The notes below the pieces were generated by a model. It was not told where the DNA came from. It was given only the letters and a program-made list of their open reading frames with translations, and searched no databases. Positions 13,401 through 27,749 of a DNA stretch of 64,000 nucleotides are shown here, in pieces (position 1 is the stretch's first letter; each line of letters starts with the position of its first letter). Source of the DNA: Octopus vulgaris (taxonomy: Eukaryota); NCBI GenBank assembly GCA_951406725.2, contig OX597819.1, positions 89,404,001 through 89,468,000 on the forward strand, written 5' to 3'. Both the position numbers and the translations under genes were made by a program.

Positions 13401-14384
13401 AATGAAATCTGTAATGAGGAGTTACGTGTATTGGCCTACTATGGACCATGATATTGAACAAATGGTAAAATCCTGAAGAGGTTGTGTTCTCGCAGCAAAG
13501 TCATCACAGGTGAAGTTCCAATCGTGGCTTAGTACAGACAGTCCGTGGTCCAGGCTACATATAGATTTTTCTGGACCGGTATACGACGCGTATTATCTGA
13601 TCATAGTAGACAGCTATACCAAGTGACCGGATATATGTAAGTGCAGTCAACCAGCATCGAAGGTAACAATAAGGTCCTTTCATGTTTTTTTTTTTGTGCA
13701 ATACAGTGTCCTGGACACCATAGTATCGGATAACGGAACGAAGTTTTCGGGGTACGAATTTTAAAATTTCTGTGAGAATTATGAAATCAATCACATCTCT
13801 ACTACATCGTACCACCCGAGATCAAATGGGCAAGGAGAAAAGTTCGTAGACACATTTAAGCGAGCACTAAAAGAATCTGGAAATGAATTAGGCAATGATG
13901 CAGCACTAATTCAATTCTTAAGGGTTTACAGGGTAACACCTAACCCGAACACCTGTTCAGGAAAGTCGCCCGCAGAGCTAATATTTGCCCGGAATATAAA
14001 ATCAATTTTTGATAAATTGTTACCTACAAAAAAAAAAAAACGTATAGTGAAAACCCTAGAAATACAACAAAATATTTTAATGTGGGAGATAAAGTTCATT
14101 TCAAAATATATAAGAATGGAAGACAAGGTTGGGCGGGTGGTATGGTGACAAAAAGAATAAGCAGTATGATGTACATAATAAAAGGTCAAATAGGAGAGCG
14201 CAAACGACATTTGAACCAGTTGAAGACCAGATATAATGAAGAACGAGAAGAAATGCCAATGGAAGTTTGCTATGACCTGCTCGATGTTCCAACGCCAAAA
14301 GAGGTTGAGCTTAGGCGGATCAGCAATAGAAAGCGTAAACAAACAGAACGGTTAGAAATAGTCCCTAAGCGAAAGAAGTATTAA
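10416..14384 (+). pseudogene. gag-pol pseudogene
   Basis: Protease LQLDTGSDITII, RT PYVDDILI, RNase H DASEYDIGAV/EKEAL/DHRPL, integrase IDFSGP, VSDNGT, YHPRSNGQ; many stops and frameshifts. Confidence 0.9.
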
Positions 14385-15470
14385 AACTTCTACGATGACA
14401 CGCAGTTCCACCCTGTTGGGCAGCTGGATCAGGTCCAGGATCTTCTCGATATTTTCTGGTTTCACATAGATTAATATTTCCAAGCACCAGTTCTCCCTGC
14501 TGCTTCTTTTTACCTCCAGGAGTGACTCTGGGTCCTACACCACACAAGCGACAGTTCAAAAGACGTTTACACTTGGTGGCATGTCATTTACCCTAATTCT
14601 GGTCGTTCTCTTTGAGAGGTAGGTGGGATAAATGACACACTCCCCAGTCTACCGTGGTTACACTGCGTGTCTTCGCCCGAGGTCCTCACTTTTAGAGAGG
14701 ACATTAATTCTGGCAAACTGCCTCCCTCTCTATATATGGGCTACATCTATTAAAATTTCTCTGAGGGCCTTCACAACATGACTGATGGACGCTATTTCAA
14801 CTCTCCTATTTTGCGTGTTACGCATCTGAAATATACTGTCTTCTCTTTTGCCTCTATTATTTCGGGAGGTACGAGCACTACAGTTTTACCCCCGCTCAAA
14901 TTTAATGATGTCTTTCACTTTTGAGAGTTCACGAGTTTTGTCATCGGGTGAGATGGCAAACGTTTCTCTCATTGTGCTCGCTTCATCAGCAAATCTTTTA
15001 TTTTTGCTATTGTTTTGTTGTCGTCATTGCTGTTGTTACTGCCACTGCTGCTGTTGCTGTTGGTGTTGGTGTTGGTGGTGAGGTTGTAGCCACTTCCACT
15101 ATTGCCACTGTCACCCACCACTGTCACCACTATTTTTCTCCACTCCGCCTTCAAATGTAGGATTATTTTTCCGCTAAAATCCGTAGTACTGTTGACGAAA
15201 CTGCTGTCTTTGCTTCTACTCTCACTACCACCACTGCTGCTGCTGTTGCTGTTTTCTGTGTTGCTGTTGCTACCCCTACTACTACTGCTGCTGCTGCAGT
15301 CACTGCTGTTGTTGTTATCACTGCTGCCTCTGTTGCTGTCACTGCTAGCACTGCTGCTGTTGATGTTGCCATTGCTGTTACTACGAGGTGGACTTTGTAC
15401 TTTTCGCCCCTTTTCTTCTCTCCTCTCATGTATTGTTGCCAGCAACGGAGGGAAGGGGAGGGAAATCTTC
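14385..15470 (-). mobile_element. putative ORF1/5' part of the Tx1 LINE
   Basis: Same strand as the Tx1 RT; degenerate coding-like sequence with a Ser/Asn low-complexity N-terminus; no decisive motif. Confidence 0.35.
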
Positions 15471-15824
15471 AGTAGCCTCTAGACCTGTGGGAGGGGCAGT
15501 CTTTTTCTTAACACTTTTAAGATGCGCTTGAATTGTATATGATTAAACACCCACCGAACTAATCTGTTGAATTGTATATGATTAAACACCCACGGAACTA
15601 ATCTGGCGGGCCGAATATAGCCCCACGGGGGCCAAACAAGCTCAGAAAACCGGTGACAGATTCCTAGTGATTCTCTTAACAACTTGGAGCAAAATATAAA
15701 CCGAAAAAACGGCACCAAACTGGTTTAAACAAATGGTTTAAACTGAAATTACTTGGAGCGTTCGAAAACACGTCCGATGTAATCCACAGTAAATATAATG
15801 ATATAATGATAATAATAATGATAG

Positions 15825-16268
15825 TCCTTTCTACTACGCCTAAAGTTTTGGTGGCGGGGGGCTAGTTGATTACATCGACCCCTGTATTTGACTGGTACTT
15901 ATTTTATCGATCCCAAAGGATGAAAGGCAAAGTCAACCTCAGCAGAATTTGAACTCAGAACTTAAAGACGAACAAAAGCATTTTCCCACTAAGCATTTTC
16001 CCGAGCGTGCTAATAATTCTACCTGCTCACCACTTTAATAATGATAGTAATAATGGTTTCAAATTTTGGCACAAGGCCAGCAAGTTCGGGAGAAGGGTTA
16101 AGTCGATTTCATGAACCCCAGCGCACAACTGGTACTTATTTTATCGACCCAAAAGAATGAAAGGCAAAGTTGAGCTCGAGCGAATTTGAACTCTGGACGT
16201 AAAGACGGACGAAATGCCGCTAAGCATTTTGCCCGGCGTAGTGACGATTCTGCCAGCTCGCCTCCTTA
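15825..16268 (-). mobile_element. two tandem SINE family A copies
   Basis: Two copies of the core CTGGTACTTATTTTATCGA...TGAAAGGCAAAGT and tRNA-like head. Confidence 0.8.
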
Positions 16269-16644
16269 CACGGAGACCAGTCATATTAAAATGCAATTTG
16301 CACAAGGTTTGAGCTCTGCATAAACATGCCTACGATCAAAGACATTTCCTCCACGGTTTTCCGTCTTCATCTTAGGCATTGTAATTGGGACAACATCATT
16401 CACTATTTCTTTTTCTTTTTAAGATGGTAGAGTATGATCTGAGGGATAGTTTGATATTTTTTCAAGCAGGTTGAATGACAACGTAGAAACTCCTTCGGTT
16501 GTGTCATCTACTCGATGTTTTCTAAGCAGGTTTTCAGTTCAGACTTTTGTTATTTATAACCTTTTTCATTTTTCTTCATTTCTACGGGGACGGCTCATCC
16601 ATTCTGAAATTCCTTTTGAAGAGAAAACTCTTTAGCTACTTTCT

Positions 16645-16864
16645 TTTACTCTTTTACTTGTTTCAGTCATTTGACTGTGGCCATGCTGGAGCACCGCCTT
16701 TAGTCGAGAAAATCGACTCCAGGACTTATTCTTTATAAGCCTAGTACTTATTCTATCGGTCTCTTTTGCCGAACCGCTAAGTTACGGGGATGTAAACACA
16801 CCAGCATCGGTTGACAAACGATTTTGGGGGGACAAACACAAACCCACAAGCATGCACACGCACA

Positions 16865-16961
<97 letters not shown>

Positions 16962-17126
16962 CGACGGTCTTCTTTCAGTTTCCGTCGACCAATTCCACTC
17001 AAAAGGACTTGGTCGGCCCGAGGCTATAGTAGAAGACACTTACCCAAGGTGCCACGCAGTGGGACTGAACCCGGAACCATGTGGTTGGTAAACAAGCTAC
17101 TTACCACGCTGCCATTCCTACGCCTA
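16645..17126 (-). mobile_element. tRNA-derived SINE (family B) with internal (CA)n(TA)n
   Basis: Minus-strand head TGGCAGCGTGGTAAG...GGTTCAGTCCC, CORE-like CCTTGGGTAAGTG; copies at ~20190, 35025, 35555, 38000, 39860, 47810. Confidence 0.85.
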
Positions 17127-18989
17127 TATAAATAAAATCTAATCTTCCATACATACTGCTAAATAAAATCTAAACTTCCATATATACCACTAAATAAACA
17201 AAACTAAATAAACAAAACCTACAACTAGCCTTCCATACTTATTCCGAACAGAAGCTCTAGTGTATGTTTAGGTTCACATAAGATGAAGTATAATCTAATG
17301 TTTTAGGTGTGGCCTAGCTTTACCAATATAAGGTGTTATATACCAATATAACACAGCAATGTTTGTTCCTGCTTTATCTCACGCCACGCTGCCAAACAAC
17401 CTTTTTTTTTTTGGTTAATGTTTTATTTCAATCAGAATTCTTGCCAACATAGACCACTCATTGTGACTATCCTTAATTATAATTAACTTAATGTGGAAAA
17501 AAAAATATGGTTTGGTGCATGTGAAATTGGAACTATAGTTGATGCATTATTATGAAATTGTCGACTAGAGTATTTCTTTATTCCGTATAAACGGGTTTAC
17601 TTCAACGGGCTAATTAAATTTAATGTTAGATTATCCAAGTTGTAAAGTTGTCAAACATATTTAACTAAATCAATTATCAGAAATTGAAACGAAAGTACGG
17701 CGTTCATCAGTCATTTGGTATTAACTTAAAGGAAGAGTGTCGTTTACATGACCCGGATATGAAAAGATCCTCGGCTACAGTTACTTATATTACAGCAATG
17801 TACACGATTACATGTAACGACATCACGAACGATTTAAAGAAATTATTTGTTAATTAATTTGATATTAATTCATTAATTATAACACAGTGAGGAAAAGAGA
17901 GTCGGTTTTTATTACTTTCTATCTTTTTTTTTTACACATGTATTATTTAATCCTTGTCTGCAGTATACTTTAGAGGGTGCAATGCTTATATGCGTATGTA
18001 CTGTTTGCACTATGTGTTCTAGGGTTATCTCAGAGCTTTTGAAGATAAAGTTAATAAATTATTGTGGTTTTGAGTTCGATTGTCCTAAAATAAACCCCAC
18101 TTGGATTAACTTCATGCTATTCATGAAGCCGGGGATAATAAAGAAAGTCTTGCAGAAGGAATTTTGTACAACCAGCCACAAATCTCCCTGATGGTAAATC
18201 ACTTCATCAGGCTTTTCTACGATTTGTTTTGTCAAACTTACCATCATACGTTACGTTGAACTCTGCAATACAACATTCTTCAACAGATCCCTACTTTAGT
18301 AGTGGTGAAATATGATATTGCATTCTTATCGTCTAGATTGGCAATAAAAATAAAATACATCTGCAGGCAACCTTATTTGAATCCAGTGCCATCACCGAAC
18401 ATTATATTAAATTAGTGGGCTAAAAGCTCTCTAAACATCCTTCCTGATATCCACTAGTTTTTTTTTTTCCTTATTCATGTATGGACTCATATATGCACAT
18501 ACTTACTTAGAAATATACACATACGAACGTTCTTAGAGCAGAAACCTGCTCTGAAATTCTTAGGCAATTCAACCGATAAAAGTTATTCTTGACAATGTGA
18601 AAACATTTCACTCTAAACATTGAATTCATTTCTCCCACAAGATATATCACCAAATTCCCAAGTTTTCATACCACATCTTCAAAATTCTTAGAAATGTCCA
18701 ATATATCAACTTGAATAGCCTAGTAAGCTGATTGTTGTTGTTGTTACTGTTTTCTAGGCCTCTCCTAAGTGAACTTTAAATCAAGCAACCTTTTATCAAT
18801 AATGCTCCAGCCAGCTGTAACATCCTGTTTTTTAAAGGATTTATGAGACGGCATTATTATCCAATTTATTTAACACGACAGTGTTAAGGAAGATTTAGAA
18901 GCTATTTCTAGCAAGCCGAACGAGCGCCATGTCGACGATCGCTCGATCGCTCACTGTTCTCTTGGTTGCCTGAGATGCAACGTTCGAGT

Positions 18990-19292
18990 CACTAGCGTAG
19001 CTAAAGTGTACCGCCCAGGGCGGCCCTTTCGTTTACTGTCCCCGGACTCCACAAAAAACACATATTACCTACACCAGACTCAAAAGTCGTTCATTTCCAG
19101 TGATTTTTTTTTATGATACCGGGAATTATCGCAAACCGTACTATTTCAATATAATCTATTCCGGCTTATAGCCCACAACAGGATGAAAAGTGCCGCCCCT
19201 TTTCAAGTTCCACCTTTTTAAAAGTGCCGCCCCTTTAAAAGTGCCGCCCGGAGCGGACTGACACTACCGCCCCCGCCACAGCTCCGCTAGCG
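18990..19292. mobile_element. hAT-type MITE with 8-bp TSD
   Basis: TIRs CACTAGCGTAGCT / AGCTCCGCTAGCG; flanks GTTCGAGT (18982-18989) and CTTCGAGT (19293-19300); three AAAAGTGCCGCCC subterminal repeats. Confidence 0.8.
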
Positions 19293-19439
19293 CTTCGAGT
19301 ATTTACACGCTGTCATTTATAGCTTTTTTGCTTCGAGATCCACACATTCTAAACTGATTTCACTATTAGTTATTTGCTGCTACTGCTGCTGTTGATGTAT
19401 GAATAATTCTCTCTCTTCCTCCCTCCCTCCTCTCTCCTT

Positions 19440-19792
<353 letters not shown>

Positions 19793-20189
19793 ATTTCTCC
19801 ACCTATACATACACTGCTACTCTCTATATGATTTAGTATTGGCAGTAATTTCTTATTCTCCGACAAAGGGGCTACCCGAAACACACCTCGTTTCTTCTTG
19901 TTTTCCTTTGTGGTAAACTGACTTCTTCCATTTAATGCAATCTCTTTGTATATATATTTATTATTTGCTTACACATACCATCACTAGTTTCCTCAGACTC
20001 TACTGTATCACCAATTTATTATATACGTGGGCGGGGAATCGGTAGAATCGGAAGAACCATTTGCCACCACCACCACCACCACCTTGCCGCCGCGGCCATC
20101 ACCTCACTACACCCGCCGCTTCCACCGCCTCCGCCTCCGCCACCACCGTCGTGCCACCACCACCAACCCAGTGCTGTTTTTTAAAGCCT

Positions 20190-20480
20190 GCTACTTATCC
20201 TATCTGTTTCTTTTGCTGAACCGTTAAGTTACGAGACCATAAACAAATCAACACCAATTGTCAAGCGGTGGTGGGTGGGGACAAATGAAGACAATAACAC
20301 ACGCACACACACACAGACGATGGGCTTCTTTCAATTTCCATCTATCAAATCCACTCGCAAGGTTTTGGCCAGCCCTAAGCTACAGTAGAAGATACTTGCC
20401 CAAGGTGCCATGCAGTGGGACTGAACCCGGAATCATGTAGTTGGGAAGCAAACTTCTTACCACAGCCACATTTGCGCCTG
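20190..20480 (-). mobile_element. SINE family B
   Basis: Homology to 16645-17126. Confidence 0.75.
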
Positions 20481-20559
20481 TGATACGAAGTTTAAGCTGC
20501 GTGTTGCCGCATATTAATACCAACACCAAATTGTGTTTTGACAGGCGTTTGATAAACTT

Positions 20560-21095
20560 TATTTCACTTTATTTCACGTTGCTCCAGTCCATTCAGCTGG
20601 CAAAAATAAGTAGAACCTGTATTTCAAAGAACCAGACTTGTCACATTCTGTGTCATGCTGAATCTCCTTGAGAACTACTTAAGGGTATGAGAGTCTGTGA
20701 AGTGCTCAGCTGCTTGCACATTAATTTCTTAAGCAGGCTGTTCCCTCGGTCGGATCAACTAAAACCCTCACCATTGTACCCAACAGACTGCCAGGTTTAG
20801 AGTACGTGGCTCACAATCGTAAAGTCATGAGTTTGATTCCAGGCCTCACATTATGTCCCTTGAGAAAGACACTTTATTTCACATTGCTCCAGTCCACTCA
20901 GCTGGCAAAAATGAGTAGTACCTGTATTTCAAAGAGCTCGCCTTATCACATTCTGTGCCACGCTGAATCTCCCCGAGAACTACGTTAAAGGCATGAGTAT
21001 CTGTGAAGTGTTCAGCCATTTGCACTTTAGTTTCACGAACAGGCTATTCCGTTAATCGGATCAACTGGAACACTCGTAAGAGACGGAGTGCCAGC
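20560..21095 (+). mobile_element. two tandem copies of a SINE (family C)
   Basis: Repeated CTTTATTTCAC.TTGCTCCAGTCCA.TCAGCTGGCAAAAAT...GGATCAACT; third copy at ~32800-33000. Confidence 0.7.
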
Positions 21096-22278
21096 TTACA
21101 TCACAATATTTACATAATTACACTGATGTTTGCCAGGGATGTATTGCAGTCTGTCAGCAGTAACTGGAGTACGTAGTTGAATTGATAGCTAAGAATGGCT
21201 TTGCACGGGAGGCGGGAAATACTCTGTTCTTCATAGTCGGCAATTCCTTTAATTTAAGATCGACTACCAACCAAGACTTGCTGTTTGTGTCACCTACGAG
21301 AGCCTATGGCTAAGAACTGGCTAGCTACTTATTTGTAGTTCTTGAGTCGATTACATCGACTCCAGTGTTCAACTGGTACTTACTTTATCGACCCCGAGAA
21401 GATGAAAGGCAAAGCCGATCTCGGCTGAATTTGAATCCAGAACGTAACGGCAGACGAAATACCTATTTCTTTACTACCCACAAGGGGCTAAACACAGAGA
21501 GGACAAACAAGGAGAGACAAACAGATTAAGTCGATTATATCGACCCCAGTGCGTAGCCCAAAAAGTGACACAGACAGACTGTATGTACCAAGAAAAAGAG
21601 GGGAAAGAGGACTTATTGGATGCGAACACAGCATTAGAACAAAAGAAAACAACATAGCATGGTATGTAAAAAAATGCCACAGAACTGCTATTATGAAAAG
21701 TAAGAAGGTCAGTGGTGAGGATATTATGTTCGTGGTACGTACTTGGAGAAGTGCATTGTAGCCGAAGAGATTCTTTTAAACACAGGTGGAGCAAGGACCA
21801 AGAATCCTGTGTTTGTCTGTTTTCTCCAAACCCTTCTCCAACCTCTCCGCTGATTCTGGTGCGCTTTCGCTTTTTATAGCATCCATTTACTCGGCAAAAT
21901 CTGGAGCTTTCGATAATGTGGCCAAAATGCTTGGTTGGTTTTCAGAGCAGTTGTCTGATCTTATGTGACCTGATCCTATTTCTAAACCTACGTGGTTTCG
22001 AATCTGAATCTAAGCCACGCTACATACCTGTCAGTCTGTCTGCTTGCTTGTTATCTAATCTTGTTCTTTACTTTTTAAAAAAATTTCTTTCTGTGATACA
22101 CGATCCCTTTTGATCGCCTTATATTTTTCCCGATCCCTTTTGATCGGAATTTTACATTTGTTCCCTTTTTTCCGTTTTTCTTTTCCATGTTCGAAAAGAA
22201 AAGCTCTACATTTGTATTTGTCCCCTCTGTGTTCAGCCATGTGTGGCCAATAAAGAAAGTTATCTGTCTGTCTGTCTA

Positions 22279-22367
<89 letters not shown>

Positions 22368-22749
22368 ATGTCTGCTTGCCTGCCAGTCTGTCTCCCACTC
22401 TCCCTCTCTCTCTGTCCGTGCAAGTGTGCGTTGTGATACAGGGGAATAGAAGCCTGGACTGGAAAGGTTAATTTTTATTCGTTTGTTTGTAGCACGAGGA
22501 ATTAAAATACTTTGTTTACATTGGTATATGGACATAAATTTGGGTTAAAGGTGGTTACTTGATTGAAATAACTTCAGCAAATAACTTCAGTATATGGCTG
22601 GATCATATTTTATCGACATTATTATTTCAATGTGAGATGAGGATGTAGAAGCAAAAACGGTTTGGGCTTAGAAACTAAATAGACATAACTAAATACTACA
22701 AGTAATTTAGTTTGGCTATCCATAATTTCTGCAATAATAATGATGATGA

Positions 22750-23000
22750 TGGTGGAGGCGCGTGGCTTAGTGGTTAAGGTGTCAGCTCCATGATAATAGA
22801 TTGTGGTTTCGATTCCTGGACTGGGCGACGCGTTGTGTTCTTGAGCAAAACACTTCATTTCATGTTGTTCCAGTCCACTCAGCTGGCAAAAATGAGTAAC
22901 GCTGCGATGGACTGGCGTCTCGTCCAGCTGGGGAACACACACGCCATTGAAACCGGGAAACCGGGCCCATGAGCCTGGCTAGTATTTAAAAGGGCGCATT
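22750..23000 (+). mobile_element. tRNA-derived SINE with V-domain-like segment
   Basis: A box TGGCTTAGTGG, B box GTTTCGATTCC, TGCGATGGACTGGCGTC V-SINE-like motif; relatives at ~53785-53930 and 55585-55893. Confidence 0.7.
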
Positions 23001-23318
23001 TATTTTATTGATAATGATGATGATGATGATGACAATAGCAAAAAACAACAACAACAATAAGGGCTTCAAATTTTGCTACAAGCGCAGCAGTTTTGGGGGA
23101 GGGGATGAGTCGATTACATCGACTCCAGTGTTCAACTGGTACTTACTTTATCGACCCCGAAAAGATGAAAGGCAAAGCCGATCTCGGCTGAATTTGAACC
23201 CAGAACGAAACGGCAGACGAAATACCTATTTCTTTACTACCCACAAGGGGCTAAACACAGAGAGGACAAACAAGGAGAGACAAACAGATTAAGTCGATTA
23301 TATCGACCCCAGTGCGTA

Positions 23319-24386
23319 GCCCAAAAAGTGACACAGACAGACTGTATGTACCAAGAAAAAGAGGGGAAAGAGGACTTATTGGATGCGAACACAGCATTAG
23401 AACAGAAGAAAACAACATAGCATGGTATGTAAAAAAATGCCACAGAACTGCTATTATTAAAAGTAAGAAAGTAAGGCTTGTGTAGGATGAAACATTGCAA
23501 AGATAAAGCACTCAACAAGCAATTGAAAACGAATGAAACTGAAAATAAGTAGGTAAAGAAAAGAATGTATGGACAATTTCATAGGGATGTTGAAGATAAG
23601 ACAGACAGAGAAAAAAGATGGATGACTAAAAGTGATTTAAAACCGGAAACGGAGGCTTTAATCTGTGATGCCCAAGAGTAAGCACTAAGAACAAACTACA
23701 TAGAATACAGAACAGACAACACATCAGAAAGTGATAAGTGCAGAATCTGTGGAGAAAATGGTGAAACCGTATGGCATATTACTAGCCAATGTATGCCACT
23801 AGCCCAGAAGGGAATATAAGGGACGCCACGACAATATAGCCAGGCTTGTCCATTGGACACTTTGCAATAAGTATGGACTTGACAGAGAATAAAATTGGTA
23901 CGACCACAAACCCGAAGGCATTATCGAAAATGATAATACAAAGATCCTGTGGGATTTTATGATTCAGTGTGACCATTAGATAGAGAATAGGAAGCCAGAC
24001 ACAGTCTTAATTGAGAATGAAAGCAAACTATGCTGGATCATAGATAAAACATGTCCAGCTGACAACAAGGTATGCGGTAAGGAAGAAAGAAAAGTCGAGA
24101 GATATGACAGGTTAGCTTGGGAGGTTTAGCAGTTGTGGTCGATGAAAAAGGTGGTAGTAATACCAATAATTGTCGGAGCTCTGGGAATAGTGAGTAAAAA
24201 TCTTGAGAAGTACATGGAACAAATAGGGGCTGCAATAATGGTGGAGCACTTGCAGAAAAGAGCACTACTTGGAACCGCTCGAATACTCCGGAAGGTGCTC
24301 GAAAAATTAGAGATGTTACTTTAGTTCACTGGTAATGAACAGCTGATTCCGTAGTATATCTCCAGCGTTAGAAGCTGTGCAAAGAC

Positions 24387-24452
<66 letters not shown>
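23319..24452 (+). mobile_element. R4/Dong-clade LINE 3' half with (TAA)n tail
   Basis: PKSDTDRLYVPRKR, CRICGENGETVWHITS zinc knuckle, RHDNIARLVHW, ILWDFMIQCDH, KPD, VVIPIIVGALG, LLGTARILRKVL (RLE endonuclease). Confidence 0.85.
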
Positions 24453-24453
<1 letters not shown>

Positions 24454-24847
24454 CTTTCAAATTTTGCCACAAGGGCAGCAAATATGGGGGAAGGGGATGA
24501 GTCGATTACATAGACCCCAGTGTTCAGCTGGTACTTATTTTATCGACCCCAAAAGGATGAAAGGCAAAGTCGACCTCGGCGGAATTTGAACTCTGAACGT
24601 AAAGACAGACGAAATACCTATTTCTTTACTACCCACAAGGGGCTAAATACAAAGAGGACAATCAATGACAGACAAACGGATTAAGTCGATTATATCGACC
24701 CCAGTGAGTAACTGGTACTTATTTAATCGACCTCGAAAGGATGAAAGGCAAAGTCAACCTCGGCGGGATTTGAACTCAGAACGTAGCGGCAGACGAAATA
24801 CCGCTAAGCATTTCGCCCGGCGTGCTAACGTTTCTGCCAGCTCTGCC

Positions 24848-24850
<3 letters not shown>
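24453..24850 (-). mobile_element. dimeric SINE family A
   Basis: Two cores joined by GAAATACCTATTTCTTTACTACCCACAAGGGG. Confidence 0.8.
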
Positions 24851-24910
<60 letters not shown>

Positions 24911-24974
24911 GTAATAATAATAATAATAATAATAAGAAGAAGAAGATGAAGAAAAGGAAGAATAGTTGTTATTA

Positions 24975-25039
<65 letters not shown>

Positions 25040-25399
25040 TCTAATTTTGGCACAAGAGAAGTAGAGTTTATCCTTTTCCTAACACCAAGTGTTCATACGT
25101 TGATTGTACCGTTCATTCATCTCATTAGTACTGAGTCTCATATATGTAGTTCCTCTGGGTACCATTAGGTGGAGTGTAAGTTTCCCTATATACAATGGTG
25201 TTGAACAGAATTAACTGGACAGTTGCAGACACTGCTTGGACTAGGGACTGTGTGGTTGCGTGTTGCCAGTTGTGGTTTTTAATTCTGGAAGTGATAATCT
25301 CTACGCAAGAATAGCTAACCTTAAAGTCGTGTACGTTAAAGAACTTATGATATTTATGTATAGTCGGAACTTTTAACTATATTCATATAGTATATCATT

Positions 25400-26579
25400 T
25401 TGAAGCGCAGATTGCAGCCTCTATTGATGTATACTCATGGTTTTGTTTTCAGTGTTTACATTTATTCGTTTATTTCTATATCTACATATTGAAATAAATT
25501 ACAGTAAATAAGAAAATCTGAGCAGTTTTATCGTATGAGTTCATAATAGACTGCAAAGTAGCGAAAATTGTTTGAGGTATTAGTTAAGCTTTTGGCTAGA
25601 AGACTTTCAATGAACGTACAGCTCAGCATTAATTCCAAAAATTTTCTACTGCAGAAGAGAATATTGAGCCTGAAGAAAGTTAGAGGTGACATTTTGCAGT
25701 TGACGACAGCTAAGTGAAGGTGGTTATTGAAGCGGACTCGCAAAAAACTGTAGAAGAGTTAAATGTTTAGAATTCAACAGTTGTCTGACATTTACACCAC
25801 AATGGAAATTATATATAAAAAAAAGAAGCTCGGCAATTGAAATTCGCATGAGCTAAATGAAAAAAAAAATGGTGTTATGAAGTCTGCTTAGTGCTTTTTT
25901 TTTTGTACAGGAAAAATTATTCATTTCTTGATCGTTTCGTGACTTACGGCGACAGATAGATACTAAACGACAACTGACAGTGTTACGTGCAGTAACTGGG
26001 TTCGAGGTGTAACAAAACACTTTTCTAAACCGAAGTTATATAAATAAAAAAAATATCCTCATTGTTTGGTAGTCTCAACACAATCTACGACAATTACTTG
26101 AATTCTGGCGAAACCACTACAGAAGAGAAGTATTTTCACCAAATGTACCGAGAACTGCAGTGTTTATGTCCAGCATTAGTTAAATAATAAAAGACCAATT
26201 CTTCTCCATGGCAACGCCCAACAACATGTTTTGTAAATGGCTCTGTACAACTAGAAGGAATGGAACTTCAAAACTCCACCTCACCAAGCTTACTCCCCAT
26301 ACCTCTCCCTGATCGAGTAACACCTTTTCAGGCATTTTGACTAATTCTCACAATGAGTTTTTAACAACCAAACAACAGCGTAAGATGAACTTCTAAAAAT
26401 TCATCGATTCCAGGACTCTGAATCCTATGCTACCAAAATAAATAGACGAGTGTCTTGTTAGCAAAAATGTATAAATTCCACTGATTATTATTTTGATTTA
26501 TAAAATTTATTCTGAGCTGAGATATTTTACTTTAAAGTTGATGATAAAAACTGGAATTATTTTTGCATCAATCTGGTAA
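25400..26579 (+). mobile_element. mariner transposon, degenerate
   Basis: Remnants of FLDR.VT.D, PILLH(D)NA, H.AYSP.LS; 3' TIR-like GGAATTATTTTTGCATCAATCTGGTA; 5' boundary approximate. Confidence 0.75.
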
Positions 26580-27749
26580 ATACAAAAACCAAATAAGGGC
26601 AACCATTCATGGACAGATGAAGAGCCAACATATGGGTTTGGTCAGGGCACCTCGCGATCCTTAATGGATTTCACCTGCAAGTAACCTGCATCCAGGTATT
26701 CAAAATGTTTAGTATTTATGGTGTCGCTAACTACTTCTAGGATCGGAGTGGCTTAGAAATTATTTTTTCTTGGTGGTTAGTGTTTAACAGACCATAACCT
26801 TGTAATGTGGTGTTCACCTGCTATCTATATCTTACAAACTTTACATAATCAAAGCTCATTTTTTCGAAGAGCCACATTGTTTATCCTTTCTTCAATCTTC
26901 TTAGAGCTCTTATATTTCGTCCATTAGTACCTTGTTTGCTATTGCAAGGATTATAAATTTCATAAGTTCTCGGGAGGAGTTTGGTTTCTCTTCGCCACGC
27001 CCTACTCGATTTTTGTTTGGATTCGATTTTTTCTAGTGATTTTTTTTTTTACTTTACTTCTGTTTCGACAGTGTGCCAGCTTTGTTCCTTCTCTATGTCT
27101 TCATCAGACAATAGGATGATACGGCTGGTTGTGTCCAGTTGTTTCACATAGGTTCTCTGGTCATCGACTGATCATGGAACCTCTGATAATCAATATCTGA
27201 CACTGGGAATGAGACGATTTCTTTCGTTATCCTTTGAGCTACAATAACCTGTGGTGCAACTGAAAATGGCAGCTTCTTATAACCTACTGTTGTCGCTAAT
27301 TGTGTTGTTGCCCACTTTCTCCTCTACCGTATCTTTTAAGCTCCTCTGGACAGAAAATCCAGAAATGGCTCTTATTTCCAAACATGTAACAGTCGGAATT
27401 TTTGTCCTACATCGCCAGTTTTATTGATTTTCTTTTCCCGTTCACAATGAAATGCAGGAGTAGATTTTTGGTCTTAGGGTATCATTAGGACCCGTATATT
27501 CCTTATTACTTGAAGAGAATGATGAGGGGTAGAGAGGGAGGTACTGCCTTCTAGTGTGTTTGTGAAAAGGTGGACAAGACTGGTGAGACTGAATGGATCG
27601 GTATTGACACTGAGTATACTTTTTCTGTATGTTATATATATTAGAAACCTGGAAGAGAGCACTTTCCCATGGTAGAGTATTCCAGGATTTTTGCATGGGA
27701 ATTACCACAAATTACCTGAAGTGGACTACTCCACGATTCAGGGCTCTAA

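Larger units (their letters stand above)
10049..14384 (+). mobile_element. Ty3/Gypsy LTR retrotransposon (K02A2.6-like polyprotein), 3' LTR missing
   Basis: 5' LTR starting TG at 10049, PBS TGGCGACGAG at 10347, gag-PR-RT-RH-IN order. Confidence 0.9.

Noticed and set aside
17960-18370. Possible host exon in unique sequence
   Set aside because: Only short ORFs, no recognisable domain; the CCTGATG/CATCAGG hairpin lacks hammerhead topology
21710-22230. Coding-like segment after the duplicated junction
   Set aside because: Short Lys-rich ORF with stops; no family could be assigned
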